DNA of 64,000 nucleotides. It comes from a virus. The stretch lies in IMG/VR virus record IMGVR_UViG_3300000980_000024. The stretch is one strand, 5' to 3'. The translations under genes were made by a program, and so were the position numbers. Below the pieces are notes generated by a model. That model ran no database searches and was not told the DNA's origin. It was given only the letters and a program-made list of their open reading frames with translations. Below, in pieces: positions 17,131 to 27,162 of this stretch. Each line of letters opens with the position of its first letter. Position 1 is the first letter of the stretch.

Positions 17131-19437
17131 CTATTCTCCGTTATCGTTTATTGATTTGAAATAAAGTTTAATTTTTTCTTTCGATTGATTAATTGATTTT
17201 ACCACATCATCCATATTGTTATGAGCGAAGGAGCAAACTTTCACACTACCTTTGTTCTTAGTCTTAACCATCTGTTTTGTTTTGATCTCTTTGTTTATTA
17301 AGAAGTTTAATTCCTTAGGGTTTATAGTTGATGAGTCGGTCCCATGTAACACCTGGTACTCAGCCATAAACTCTTTCAACATATGATCGGTAAATAAACC
17401 GTCACCCACTAACTGCTTAAACTCTAAAAACCCAACACCTGTTGGTGACTTACCCGCTTTAATTAACGCTTCACGAGCTGGTGTTTTACGTGACGCTTGA
17501 AGCATTGACTCGTCAACTACCACATCGTTACACAGGTAACAGTACAGTTGATCCATAAATTCTGTCTCGCCTTTACCGATCAACCCGTACATTTTTTTAT
17601 AATATTCTTTTTCTCTTGGTGGTGAGTTGTTCATAAATACTTCGATACGCTCATCTTTTTCATCAAGCACCATCGCATCCATGTGGTTAGATTGAAAAAA
17701 GAATCGAGTGTATATAGTTTTACTCGCTTCTTCACCGTACTTAACGTCGACATGTTGGAACGAATCACCCAGTAGGTTGCGTAATCGATTGTCTATTTGA
17801 TAACGCTCAGCCTGTTTAACATACGTCTCGTTAACTAGACATAGTGTTGTGTTGTTAATGAACCCTGTTTTAGCTCCGCTTCTGACTATCTCACCAATCT
17901 CTTTTAGTGTTGATGAGTTACTAATGCCGACTAGGTTTTGCATCACATTACCCAACCAACCACGACCTGTGCCGTGAAACGTACTGATTGATAACGGTGC
18001 TACACGGAAACGCTCATGCGGTGATTGAACCAACTGAGCCAACCAGTTAACCATCCATTCAGTATCACCTTCATTGGGGAACATGTACGCCAAGTGATCT
18101 AAGAATAACGGTATCAAATCCCTGTCTTTCGTTTGATTCACAAATGGTGGGCTGTAAATGTTACAATACTGACTCTTGCTACCTCGTGACGTATTGCGAA
18201 GTATACGCTCTGTGCTCGGGTAGTACGTTGTGTTGTAGCATGTTATCCTTGATCTTGATTTCTTCCACAGTTTATAAACTTCAATCTCTTTGACTTTGTC
18301 GCCTACGGGTATCGCGGCAACAACGTTAGACATCGAACATTCCCACTCACTAATTTTAAGTAGTTGTTCTTCTGGTGGCATTGATAAGTCTGCAACACGT
18401 GAACCCTTTTCAATCAACACGAAACGTTCTTCAAAGTCTTCGACAGTTTCAGGTGTTGCTACGTCTTGATCTTGTAACGCTCGACCTTGTGTTTGTTTAT
18501 TGTACCAAGTCGCAAAGGTTCGGAACGTAACCATCTTACCTTTCGATTTTTTAAAACTGTTCCACTGAGTTTGTACATCGTTAGATCCAGCATACCCCTC
18601 GAACTGAGCAGACCAAGCGTCCCAAACTTCAAGGCCTTCATCTGACCCACGATATTGAACATGTAATGCCATACCCATTTTTAACCATATTGGTCGATCA
18701 TCACCAGAAAAATGATTAAGATAACGTTGAACCTTACTGTCAGCAAAGTGTGGATACTTTTGATCTTCGGAAAAACCCAAGTCATCAGCAGAGTCACCAT
18801 CCTCTTCGTGCAACATCTCACGATCAGTAAAGTTTCTGACATCTTTAAGTTTATATTTTTGCTGCATCCCATGCTTAAAGAAATCAAATATCTTTTCGAT
18901 ATTAACCTTATTGAGTTCAGCAATATCAAGCACCGATGTCTTATAAGGGTTGCGATTGTTACCCCATCGATACGTTTTTCTAGTCTTACGATGCTTACCC
19001 CACAACATAAACGCTCTGTTACCGATCAATTCGATTTGTGCGGTATTACCTTGAACAGTAAATGTTTCACTATGTGCTTCAGAGTATTCAAGTAATGATT
19101 CTTTAGCTCTAAACAAGCAAGCAAAGCGTCCGGGGTTACATGTCCTTACTAAGATATTGGGGTATTTTGTTTTAATTTTACGCATCAATATATCAGCCAT
19201 TTCAACATCATCAATGTCAAAATCTAAAGCGTAAACATCATTGACACCACACACCACAGCGATGTGTGATGATTGGAATTTATCAGCCCACTCGTCAGCA
19301 TCATTCTTGGTAAAAATTTTAGTAGTGTATTTCTCAACTAAAGGTATACCACCATTGGTTGTTACAGGGATTGCCTGATAACCATTCTGAATGATACGAG
19401 GTATTTGATTTACATAAAGCTTAGCAGCTTGTGTCAT
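17131..19437 (-). CDS. primase-polymerase / PriCT-2 / SF3-like helicase (DUF5906, NrS-1-like)
   Basis: YALDFDID (PrimPol), IWLKMGMALH...WDAWSA (PriCT-2), ISTFHGTGRGW P-loop variant, LCLVNE, FFFQSNH; start at ATG 19437 after GAGGT. Confidence 0.85.
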   Translation of the reverse strand: MTQAAKLYVNQIPRIIQNGYQAIPVTTNGGIPLVEKYTTKIFTKNDADEWADKFQSSHIAVVCGVNDVYALDFDIDDVEMADILMRKIKTKYPNILVRTCNPGRFACLFRAKESLLEYSEAHSETFTVQGNTAQIELIGNRAFMLWGKHRKTRKTYRWGNNRNPYKTSVLDIAELNKVNIEKIFDFFKHGMQQKYKLKDVRNFTDREMLHEEDGDSADDLGFSEDQKYPHFADSKVQRYLNHFSGDDRPIWLKMGMALHVQYRGSDEGLEVWDAWSAQFEGYAGSNDVQTQWNSFKKSKGKMVTFRTFATWYNKQTQGRALQDQDVATPETVEDFEERFVLIEKGSRVADLSMPPEEQLLKISEWECSMSNVVAAIPVGDKVKEIEVYKLWKKSRSRITCYNTTYYPSTERILRNTSRGSKSQYCNIYSPPFVNQTKDRDLIPLFLDHLAYMFPNEGDTEWMVNWLAQLVQSPHERFRVAPLSISTFHGTGRGWLGNVMQNLVGISNSSTLKEIGEIVRSGAKTGFINNTTLCLVNETYVKQAERYQIDNRLRNLLGDSFQHVDVKYGEEASKTIYTRFFFQSNHMDAMVLDEKDERIEVFMNNSPPREKEYYKKMYGLIGKGETEFMDQLYCYLCNDVVVDESMLQASRKTPAREALIKAGKSPTGVGFLEFKQLVGDGLFTDHMLKEFMAEYQVLHGTDSSTINPKELNFLINKEIKTKQMVKTKNKGSVKVCSFAHNNMDDVVKSINQSKEKIKLYFKSINDNGE

Positions 19438-19792
19438 TATCTTTACCTCGATGCAAGTTACGTAAAGCAATGTACTCTTGATCTAGTTGATCACAAACCC
19501 ATTCGTAAAGTAGAGGTTGAGCAACCTGAAGGTAATTTAATATTTCAGCAATAATGGGTGAGTCATGATCGAAATGATCTATTACAGACTGAGCCAACAA
19601 GTGTTGTGAATGAGTATGTTTGTAACCACCACTTAAACATTGAGCTAGGTACTCACCTTTAGTAATGCGTTCAATATTTATTGCATGCTCTATTGGGACA
19701 GCACCCACCCTATACCAATGTTGTACAGCACCTTTTGATACACCAAAGTCTTCATGGTTGTCACGCAGGTATTGGTAAGTTGTTTTGAGCAT
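19421..19792 (-). CDS. Cro/YdaS-like HTH transcriptional regulator
   Basis: FGVSKGAVQHW...VP..HAINIE..T.GE. Confidence 0.7.
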   Translation of the reverse strand: MLKTTYQYLRDNHEDFGVSKGAVQHWYRVGAVPIEHAINIERITKGEYLAQCLSGGYKHTHSQHLLAQSVIDHFDHDSPIIAEILNYLQVAQPLLYEWVCDQLDQEYIALRNLHRGKDNDTSC

Positions 19793-19847
19793 TTCGATTT
19801 TCCGTCGTTATGTAATTTTTTCACACACTAACACATGAATTAAAACA

Positions 19848-19879
19848 AATCAATATGATTTATTTTAATCAACATGATT
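19848..19879. promoter_or_regulatory. two palindromic operator-like sites AATCA-N3-TGATT
   Basis: AATCAATATGATT 19848-19860 and AATCAACATGATT 19867-19879, in the divergent intergenic region. Confidence 0.65.
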
Positions 19880-19906
19880 GACTTTAATACAACAGTAGTT
19901 TACGAT
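19878..19906 (+). promoter_or_regulatory. sigma70-type promoter of the replication operon
   Basis: TTGACT-N17-TACGAT. Confidence 0.7.
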
Positions 19907-19941
19907 TTACGAAATATCAAATAACCAACAACGGAGTTTTA

Positions 19942-20826
19942 ATGAAACATTCTATTCTTTATAAAGCATTAGCTGGTATTCACGGTGTACTTGAAAATTA
20001 TGACGAAGGTGAGATAGGTGCTGAAGGTCTTAACAATTTAGGGTTTGCGATCATAACACTGAATCAACTAACAGGAAATCAAGTTGTTAAAGAATCAACT
20101 GAATCCGAACCAACTGAACTTACTGATGACAGCGATGAGTTTGGTGAAGTAGATGGCCCTTCTAATGACCTCAATGAAAACATTGAGGGTGACTTAGATG
20201 ATTTAGACGAACTTGACGAAAATGAACCAGAAGATGATTCAAAAGTTGACGCTTTACTTGAAGACGCTTACAATTTATTAAAGGATGAGAGTAAGCCCGG
20301 ACCAACACTACTTAGAAATAAATTACGCATTGGTGCTAAACGTGCCAGTGAATTAGTCACCACATTAGTTGATCAAGGTCGTATTAAAAAACATAGCCGT
20401 AAGAAACCAGTCAAGAAAGACAAACCATTAGGTGAGTTGATTGCAGAATTACCAGCGGGTAGTGATTTAATTGTGCATAGTTGGTTACAACCTTTAATTT
20501 ACTTAGACCCTGAGCGCAGATCATTGTATACAAATGGTTTGGGTGACACTGTTAAGGACATGCTGACAGCGAAAGATATTAAACGTGCCACTAAGAACGG
20601 TGCTGACACTGTACTTATTGATGCGTTCATTAGTGGTGCTGACAGTGATGTAATTGAGGTCGATACAATTGCTACGACAGAAAAAGTTCAAGGGTTTATC
20701 AACAAAGCTAACACAATACTAAGCGATGAGGGCAAACTTTTTGACTTCATTGTACGTAACGGTATGAATGGTGATACTGTACGCGACCTTGTTACCATGG
20801 CCCGTGGCGTAAAAGGTAACTCGTAA
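19942..20826 (+). CDS. protein with acidic linker and FtsK gamma-like winged helix
   Basis: LLEDAYNLL..ESKPGPTLLRNKLRIGAKRASELVTTLVDQGRI. Confidence 0.7.
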   Translation: MKHSILYKALAGIHGVLENYDEGEIGAEGLNNLGFAIITLNQLTGNQVVKESTESEPTELTDDSDEFGEVDGPSNDLNENIEGDLDDLDELDENEPEDDSKVDALLEDAYNLLKDESKPGPTLLRNKLRIGAKRASELVTTLVDQGRIKKHSRKKPVKKDKPLGELIAELPAGSDLIVHSWLQPLIYLDPERRSLYTNGLGDTVKDMLTAKDIKRATKNGADTVLIDAFISGADSDVIEVDTIATTEKVQGFINKANTILSDEGKLFDFIVRNGMNGDTVRDLVTMARGVKGNS

Positions 20827-20855
20827 TCTATTAATCAAACTAACGGAGAAAAATA

Positions 20856-21320
20856 ATGAGTGAATTTAAAAAGTACATGCGTAAAGGTTTATCTGAGATG
20901 CGTCCATACGTACAAGGTGAGGACATTAGTCATGTCAGTGTTGCGGATGTTGACACACCATCGGTAGGTGGAATGATTGCACGAAACCCTAAGAACCATG
21001 ATGACCAGTGGTATGTTGCCGCCGAATATTTCGCAGACAATTTGACTGAGATAATACCCAATTTTGAGTTTGCATTAATTCAGTTAAAACAAGGTAAGCG
21101 GGTAGCCCGATCTGGTTGGAACGGCAAAGGTATGTTTTTGTTTTTGGTACAAGGTTCTACATTCCAAGTTAACCGTGCGCCTCTGAATCAATTTTATGAG
21201 GAAGGTACTGAGGTTAACTATCATGCTCATATAGATATGAGAACTGCTGACGGCACCATTGTTCCTTGGTTGGCATCACAAACCGATATGTTGGCTGAAG
21301 ATTGGGAAGTGGTTGAGTAA
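20856..21320 (+). CDS. two-domain protein with C-terminal DUF2829 (Tad2-like anti-defence sponge)
   Basis: F..AL..LKQGKRVARSGWNGKGMFLFLV ... PWLASQTDMLAEDWEVVE. Confidence 0.85.
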   Translation: MSEFKKYMRKGLSEMRPYVQGEDISHVSVADVDTPSVGGMIARNPKNHDDQWYVAAEYFADNLTEIIPNFEFALIQLKQGKRVARSGWNGKGMFLFLVQGSTFQVNRAPLNQFYEEGTEVNYHAHIDMRTADGTIVPWLASQTDMLAEDWEVVE

Positions 21321-22432
21321 TGGCACATGCATTCTTAGCGCCATCAGGCGCACACATTACTTTCAAGTGTGCCGCATCAGCGTTACGATCAATGCAAGTA
21401 AACGCCCGTATCGATCTGTTAAGTCAGGTCGGTGCGGAGTTTTACGGACTTGATAAAGAAGCGACTGATCGGTTTGAGATTAACCTATCACCTGACCAGA
21501 CTGCCGCAGAGGACGGTACGATTTATCATGAAGTGTTTGAAGAGTGTGTCGATAACGGCATTACGTCACCTAAAGATATACAACATATCATTGATCAACG
21601 TGATGACTTATCAAGTGGTGCTAAGACTGACGAGTTCATACATAAAAAATTAGTTCATTGTATCCAAGAGCAAATTCATTTCCTAGAAGACTGTGACTTC
21701 TTCGTTGTTGAAAAGAAAGTTAAGATAAAAGGGTTACCTCAGTTTGGGCACACTGACTTAGTGGCTGGTAAAGATCGTGTGATGTACATGCGTGACCTCA
21801 AAACTGGTCGTGTTGACGTACACGCTGAGGGTAACGAGCAACTTATGGTGTACGCTGTCGGTATCTTAGATGAAATGGGGTGGGATCGATTTGACACTGT
21901 CGAGATTAAACCACTAGGGTTACACTGGGAAGCTGACGAATGGGTTGTTGAGGTTGAGGACTTGTTGGTTTTTAAGAACGAAACAATGTTACCGGCCTTT
22001 ATGAATGCCTATTCTATAAACCCAACAGCTACACCAGGTGATCATTGTTTATACTGTGATGCTAAGATTCACTGTAAAGAATGGCAAGAAAAGTTTAAAG
22101 CTCTTGACAACGAATACTTTAAGAATAACGACATTAAAGAATGTGATAGTGATGAGTTAGTTAAGATGTTTCGTATGACCAAGCAAGCTGATCAACTAGG
22201 TAAAATATTAAACCCTGAGTTGTTGCAACGAGCTGAAGGTTTTAACCCACCTAAAAACATAGCTGTTGTAAAAGGTCGTCGTATCCAAAAGTGGAAAGAT
22301 GAAGCCGCTGCCGCTAAGAAAATAGGCGATGATAAATTTTACAAGAAAGAAGCCAAAAGCCCGAGCAATTTTGAACCTGCTCAGAAAGAAGGTTTATACA
22401 CTGAGACATTTGCGCGAGGTTATTTAAAATGA
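21320..22432 (+). CDS. DUF2800 / Cas4-like PD-(D/E)XK exonuclease
   Basis: HAFLAPS, GT..H, GHTD, DLKTG, NEQL..YA.G, PGDHCLYC. Confidence 0.8.
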   Translation: MAHAFLAPSGAHITFKCAASALRSMQVNARIDLLSQVGAEFYGLDKEATDRFEINLSPDQTAAEDGTIYHEVFEECVDNGITSPKDIQHIIDQRDDLSSGAKTDEFIHKKLVHCIQEQIHFLEDCDFFVVEKKVKIKGLPQFGHTDLVAGKDRVMYMRDLKTGRVDVHAEGNEQLMVYAVGILDEMGWDRFDTVEIKPLGLHWEADEWVVEVEDLLVFKNETMLPAFMNAYSINPTATPGDHCLYCDAKIHCKEWQEKFKALDNEYFKNNDIKECDSDELVKMFRMTKQADQLGKILNPELLQRAEGFNPPKNIAVVKGRRIQKWKDEAAAAKKIGDDKFYKKEAKSPSNFEPAQKEGLYTETFARGYLK

Positions 22433-22653
22433 TTCGCCGTAGTGACATCATTAAATGTGAGTTTGACTACGACAATAACACTATCGTGGTCAATGTTAAG
22501 TTACCTAATGGTGATAAAAAGTTTAAATCATTTAACATGAGCCATTTTCTACAAGGGTCTGGTTGTTATGTTGATCGCATTTTAAAACACATGAATGATA
22601 GCTTACTTAACGAACATATACGTAATCAATTAACTAAACATAAGGTTATTTAA
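22429..22653 (+). CDS. hypothetical protein
   Basis: 74-aa ORF with ATGA overlap. Confidence 0.55.
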   Translation: MIRRSDIIKCEFDYDNNTIVVNVKLPNGDKKFKSFNMSHFLQGSGCYVDRILKHMNDSLLNEHIRNQLTKHKVI

Positions 22654-22654
22654 A

Positions 22655-22855
22655 ATGATAAAAATCAACACCAGAGATGGTAGCACTGTATTAATTAACC
22701 CAATGCATGTTGTATCATTGAAAATAGATCAGTTAGAATTAGTCGTCACTGATGTAAACAACACAAGCTATGAATTAAGCTTCAGTTCGCAAACTGAGAT
22801 GGAGGATTCACTAGCTTTAATAAACGGGGTAAGTCCTACGATACAAATTAATTAG
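22655..22855 (+). CDS. small beta-rich hypothetical protein
   Basis: 66-aa ORF. Confidence 0.55.
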   Translation: MIKINTRDGSTVLINPMHVVSLKIDQLELVVTDVNNTSYELSFSSQTEMEDSLALINGVSPTIQIN

Positions 22856-22918
22856 AAAGAATTGGCTTAATGCATCTGCCAATAATAAACGGTGCAACTT
22901 TTAAAACTTTTGAAAATT

Positions 22919-23596
22919 ATGAAACATAATATTGAATTTAAAAAACTTTCCGACAACGCATTTATGTTAACGGGTCCGCAGATTTCTTTTCCTAACTTGT
23001 GGAAGCCGGGTAAATATAAAGGGGCGTTGAAACCAAACCTTGATACATCATTTATCATACCTAAGAAAGACATTGAGATTGTTAAACAGATCAATAAATT
23101 CTTAATTGCTGTAGCAAAGCAAGAGAATGGCAACGTTAAAAAATTGTCAGAGACGATGGATGTAAAATTAATCAAATCAAAGTCTGATGGTAAAGAAAAT
23201 GGTGATTGGGTGTTACGTACAACCAACTCATTTGAATACCCACCTAAGTTTGTAAACTTAAAAGGTGCAACAATTGAATACTCTGGTGGACCAACTAGTA
23301 ACGTACCGACTAACGTAACAGGCTTACTTCGCGCAGGTAATTACGTAAAGATTGTTGTCGCTTGTAACCCACAAACAATTGACAGTAAAGTAAAAGTCTG
23401 GACTAACCTTGATCGAATTCAGTTCTTTAAAGAAGGTCCTAACCTTGGTGGTGGTGTTGCTGATGACTTAGTCAAAGATGAGTTTGGTACAGTTGAGGGT
23501 GACTACGATATGGATGATTCACCATCTGAAGATGACGTATCACCCGACGAAGAGTTCGATGATGATGAGTTTGACGATGAGGAGTTAGATATTTAA
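22919..23596 (+). CDS. DUF2815-like single-stranded DNA-binding protein
   Basis: ISFPNLWKP, AGNYV, LDRIQFFKEG..LGGG; acidic tail; follows the DUF2800 gene. Confidence 0.75.
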   Translation: MKHNIEFKKLSDNAFMLTGPQISFPNLWKPGKYKGALKPNLDTSFIIPKKDIEIVKQINKFLIAVAKQENGNVKKLSETMDVKLIKSKSDGKENGDWVLRTTNSFEYPPKFVNLKGATIEYSGGPTSNVPTNVTGLLRAGNYVKIVVACNPQTIDSKVKVWTNLDRIQFFKEGPNLGGGVADDLVKDEFGTVEGDYDMDDSPSEDDVSPDEEFDDDEFDDEELDI

Positions 23597-23614
23597 CGGG
23601 GTGAGTTGAGTCTT

Positions 23615-23656
23615 TGGCGGCTTTATCAGTAATGGTTTGGTCGCCATTTTCTTTTT
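23615..23656 (+). terminator. intrinsic terminator after ssb
   Basis: TGGCGGC/GTCGCCA stem, inner ATCA-GTAA-TGGT hairpin, T-rich tail. Confidence 0.7.
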
Positions 23657-23674
23657 AACGGATTGAGGTGATGC

Positions 23675-25666
23675 ATGACTGACTGGGTCTACGATATTGA
23701 GGTGCTACCTAACACCTTTACTATGACAGCGTTGAATTCAAAGAATAAAAAGTTTTATGACTTTGAAATTTCACCGCGCAAGAATGAACTTGAACGTATA
23801 AAAAAGTGGATCAACTATATGATCTACAAAGATGATTGTCGCATGGTTGGTTTCAACAATGTCAGTTACGATTACCCAGTGTTACATAACCTCATGATGT
23901 TAAGTGGTTCAGCTAAGTATTTAACAAATGAAACATATTTGTTTTCAAAAGAAGTTATTGGTTCATCAAATAAAGGTGGGCTTGGTCGATTCAAATACAG
24001 AGTGTGGGAAAACCAAGTGCTCGTGCCCCAGATTGATTTGTTGCTAATACATCACTTTGACAACCCTGCAAGACGTACATCACTGAAGCGGTTACAGTAC
24101 AACATGCGCATGAACAACATCGTTGAGTTTGAATTAGACTTCGACAAAAGGTTGCGTAAATCACAAGAGATAACAGACTTACTAACATACAACCAACATG
24201 ATGTACACTCAACAGACTTATTTCTGGATGAGACACAAGATCAAATTAAATTCCGCGATTCGTTGAATGAACGATTCGAGGGGTACAATTTTTTAAACAT
24301 GAATGACACCAAAATTGGTGAGGTGTTCATGACTATTGAGATTGAGAATAAAGTTGGTAGACATGTTCTTTACGAAGAAGATGATAGAACCAAACGCAAA
24401 ACAAAACGCGATGTCATGAACATCGATGATTTAATTTTTGACACGATTGAATTTAAACACCCAGCATTTAATCGCGTACTAACTAAACTCAGAGGTATGA
24501 CCATTGAGTCAGTTGGTGGTAAGTTTGAATGGAGCACTGATGAGAATTTAATATCATGCACTGTCGATAACTTTCAGTTCGATGTGGGTAAGGGTGGTTT
24601 GCATGGTGCAAAGAAAAATTCAGTTTATGTTAGTGATGATGAGTATGTAATCGATGACCGCGACGTAACTTCATTCTACCCAAGTATCGGTATTGAATAT
24701 GGTTTGTATCCAGAACATCTGACACGTGCATTTGTCGAGGTTTACGGCGGTGTTAAAGAGATGAGACTTAAATACCCCAAGGGTACAACTGAAAACGCCA
24801 TGTTAAAACTGGCACTCAATGGCGCATATGGTAAAACAAATAGTGAGTTCAGTGTATTCTATGATCCAAAGTACACCATAAGTACAACCATTAATGGTCA
24901 GCTGTTACTTCTAATGTTGTGGGATAAATTACGCAGAGTACCAACAATCGAGATTATACAGGCCAATACAGACGGCCTAACTCTTTACTATCATCGTCAG
25001 TATACTGAGATGGTCGATAGGTTATGTGTTGAATGGGAGAAAGCAACACGAATGGATCTTGAACAAGTCATCTACAGTAAAATGTTTACTCGTGACGTAA
25101 ATAATTATTTGTGTGAATACGAAGGTGGTGGTACTAAACAGAAAGGCAGTTATGTATTTGAAGGTTTAGACTGGCATAAAAACTTTTCTCAACTAATTGT
25201 ACCAAGAGCAGCGGCTAATCATTTGATACACGGTACACCTATCGATAAGTTTATTAAGAGTCACGATGACATACATGATTTCTTTTTATGTACTAATGTT
25301 AATCGGGCAACCAAACTAACAGCGCGTGTACCTGAACAAGGTCGAATTGATATACCCTACGTTGACCCTGAAACAAACGAAGAACTTATTTACCCTACGT
25401 TTGACGCTAAGTATGACGACATTAAACAACGAACATCCCGTTATTTAATTACTAAGTCAGGTCATTCACTGTTTAAAATTATGAAGCCTACACCGACAAT
25501 GCTTCGTAAGGGTAACAACAACAATCGATACATCGGTATAAATAGTGACCAAGTAGCAACTATTTACAATAAAATACCTGACGGCATGAAACCTCAGGAT
25601 TGTAATATCGATTACGACTATTACATCGGGGAAGCTGAGAAACTAACGGAGTGTTTTAAACCATGA
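23675..25666 (+). CDS. family B DNA polymerase with 3'-5' exonuclease
   Basis: YDIE (ExoI), DVTSFYPS (A), KLALNGAYGK (B), ANTDG (C). Confidence 0.92.
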   Translation: MTDWVYDIEVLPNTFTMTALNSKNKKFYDFEISPRKNELERIKKWINYMIYKDDCRMVGFNNVSYDYPVLHNLMMLSGSAKYLTNETYLFSKEVIGSSNKGGLGRFKYRVWENQVLVPQIDLLLIHHFDNPARRTSLKRLQYNMRMNNIVEFELDFDKRLRKSQEITDLLTYNQHDVHSTDLFLDETQDQIKFRDSLNERFEGYNFLNMNDTKIGEVFMTIEIENKVGRHVLYEEDDRTKRKTKRDVMNIDDLIFDTIEFKHPAFNRVLTKLRGMTIESVGGKFEWSTDENLISCTVDNFQFDVGKGGLHGAKKNSVYVSDDEYVIDDRDVTSFYPSIGIEYGLYPEHLTRAFVEVYGGVKEMRLKYPKGTTENAMLKLALNGAYGKTNSEFSVFYDPKYTISTTINGQLLLLMLWDKLRRVPTIEIIQANTDGLTLYYHRQYTEMVDRLCVEWEKATRMDLEQVIYSKMFTRDVNNYLCEYEGGGTKQKGSYVFEGLDWHKNFSQLIVPRAAANHLIHGTPIDKFIKSHDDIHDFFLCTNVNRATKLTARVPEQGRIDIPYVDPETNEELIYPTFDAKYDDIKQRTSRYLITKSGHSLFKIMKPTPTMLRKGNNNNRYIGINSDQVATIYNKIPDGMKPQDCNIDYDYYIGEAEKLTECFKP

Positions 25667-26880
25667 TACTTTCTAAAGAACAAACCAAAGCGTACGATGA
25701 TGTTATGTTGTGGGCAAGTAACCCAGACAAACCTTACTTTGTCATTAAAGGGTTTGCTGGGACAGGTAAAACTTTTTTACTGTCACAAATAGTACGCAAC
25801 TACTCGGGTACTGATTTATTTTGTTGTGCACCTACCGCTAAAGCAGCCAGTGTCTTGATGGGTAAGCTGGAAAACGTTATGGTTACTACTATCCATGCCC
25901 TACTGTACCGCCCAGTGCCACCCAGTGACGCTGAGATGAACGGAATTAAAGATGAGTTACGTTTTGACCCAGATAACGAACGGCTACAAGAACTTTACGC
26001 TAACGCTGTCGAAGAGTTTAAAAAGCGAGAGGTCATGTTCCAGTTTGAGGGTGGTCACTTAGCCGGTACAAATTCATTAATTATTGTTGATGAAGGCAGC
26101 ATGGTGAATAATAACATCAGGGAAGACTTGATGAACTTAGGTTGCCGGGTGTTGTTTGTCGGTGATGACGGACAACTACCACCAGTTAAGTCAGCTGATT
26201 GGTTCCATGCTATTGACCCTGATGCACGACTAATTGAAGTACATCGTCAGGCATTAGAAAGCCCAATCATTCGGTTGTCAATGGATATACGCAGCGGTAA
26301 ATTACAGTCAAACCAATACACTAGCGATGATTGTCGGATCGTGCGCAAGAAACAAGTTAAAGTTTCTGAACTAATTAACTGTGACCAAATAATCACAGGT
26401 GCTAACGCTGAACGCCACAAGCTCAATCGATTGATTAGAAAAAAATTAAAACGCAACAGCGATCACCCAGTAAAAGGTGACAAACTAATTTGTGTCAAGA
26501 ATGATTTAAAGACTAGCCACATATTGTACGTTAATGGTGCACAAGCAATTGCTGCTTCTGACGCCATACATCGTGACGAATTTACAGCAACCATGGACGT
26601 AGAGTACGGTGGTCAGCTTGTTGAAGACTTAATGTATTATCGTTACCATACTGAAAACAATTACGATAAAGGTTCTGAGTCTTTAGATTGGCGAGAAATA
26701 TCACACTTGCAGCAATTTGATTACGCATACGCTGTAACGTGCCACAAGTCACAGGGTTCCGAGTGGGATAACGTAGTCGTGGTTGACGATAGAATGTTTG
26801 CGCATGACAAGGCTTTCCGTAGACGTTGGTTATATACAGCGGTGACAAGAGCTAAACAACAACTAACTTTAGTAAGGTGA
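25663..26880 (+). CDS. RecD/Dda-like SF1B helicase
   Basis: GFAGTGKT, IIVDEGSM, GDDGQLPPV, YAVTCHKSQGSEW, LYTAVTRA. Confidence 0.9.
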   Translation: MILSKEQTKAYDDVMLWASNPDKPYFVIKGFAGTGKTFLLSQIVRNYSGTDLFCCAPTAKAASVLMGKLENVMVTTIHALLYRPVPPSDAEMNGIKDELRFDPDNERLQELYANAVEEFKKREVMFQFEGGHLAGTNSLIIVDEGSMVNNNIREDLMNLGCRVLFVGDDGQLPPVKSADWFHAIDPDARLIEVHRQALESPIIRLSMDIRSGKLQSNQYTSDDCRIVRKKQVKVSELINCDQIITGANAERHKLNRLIRKKLKRNSDHPVKGDKLICVKNDLKTSHILYVNGAQAIAASDAIHRDEFTATMDVEYGGQLVEDLMYYRYHTENNYDKGSESLDWREISHLQQFDYAYAVTCHKSQGSEWDNVVVVDDRMFAHDKAFRRRWLYTAVTRAKQQLTLVR

Positions 26881-26883
26881 TTA

Positions 26884-27162
26884 ATGGGTGGTATTTCAGA
26901 TTGGCAACTACAACAAGGGTACATGTGTGACCCTGAGATTACGGGTTATAGTGATCGTGAAGATGATCAAGAAGTAACCTGCTCATTGGTCAAAGAAACA
27001 CGGAAAGCATATTTATTCGAGACTGATGGTGAACGGTTTTGGTGCCCCAAGTCAGCATGCCATTATGACGGACACGATACCGCTGTCATAGCTGGGTGGT
27101 TTGATATTAAGTTCCTGAAAAAACAAAATGATTTTGATAGTGAGTTTGGTGAGGTTAAATAA
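26884..27162 (+). CDS. hypothetical protein (ETRKAYL...W.PKS)
   Basis: 92-aa ORF, AAGGTG RBS. Confidence 0.65.
   Translation: MGGISDWQLQQGYMCDPEITGYSDREDDQEVTCSLVKETRKAYLFETDGERFWCPKSACHYDGHDTAVIAGWFDIKFLKKQNDFDSEFGEVK

Noticed and set aside
21320-22432. CRISPR-associated Cas4
   Set aside because: No array or other cas genes; the context (SSB, polymerase) fits a DUF2800 replication exonuclease.
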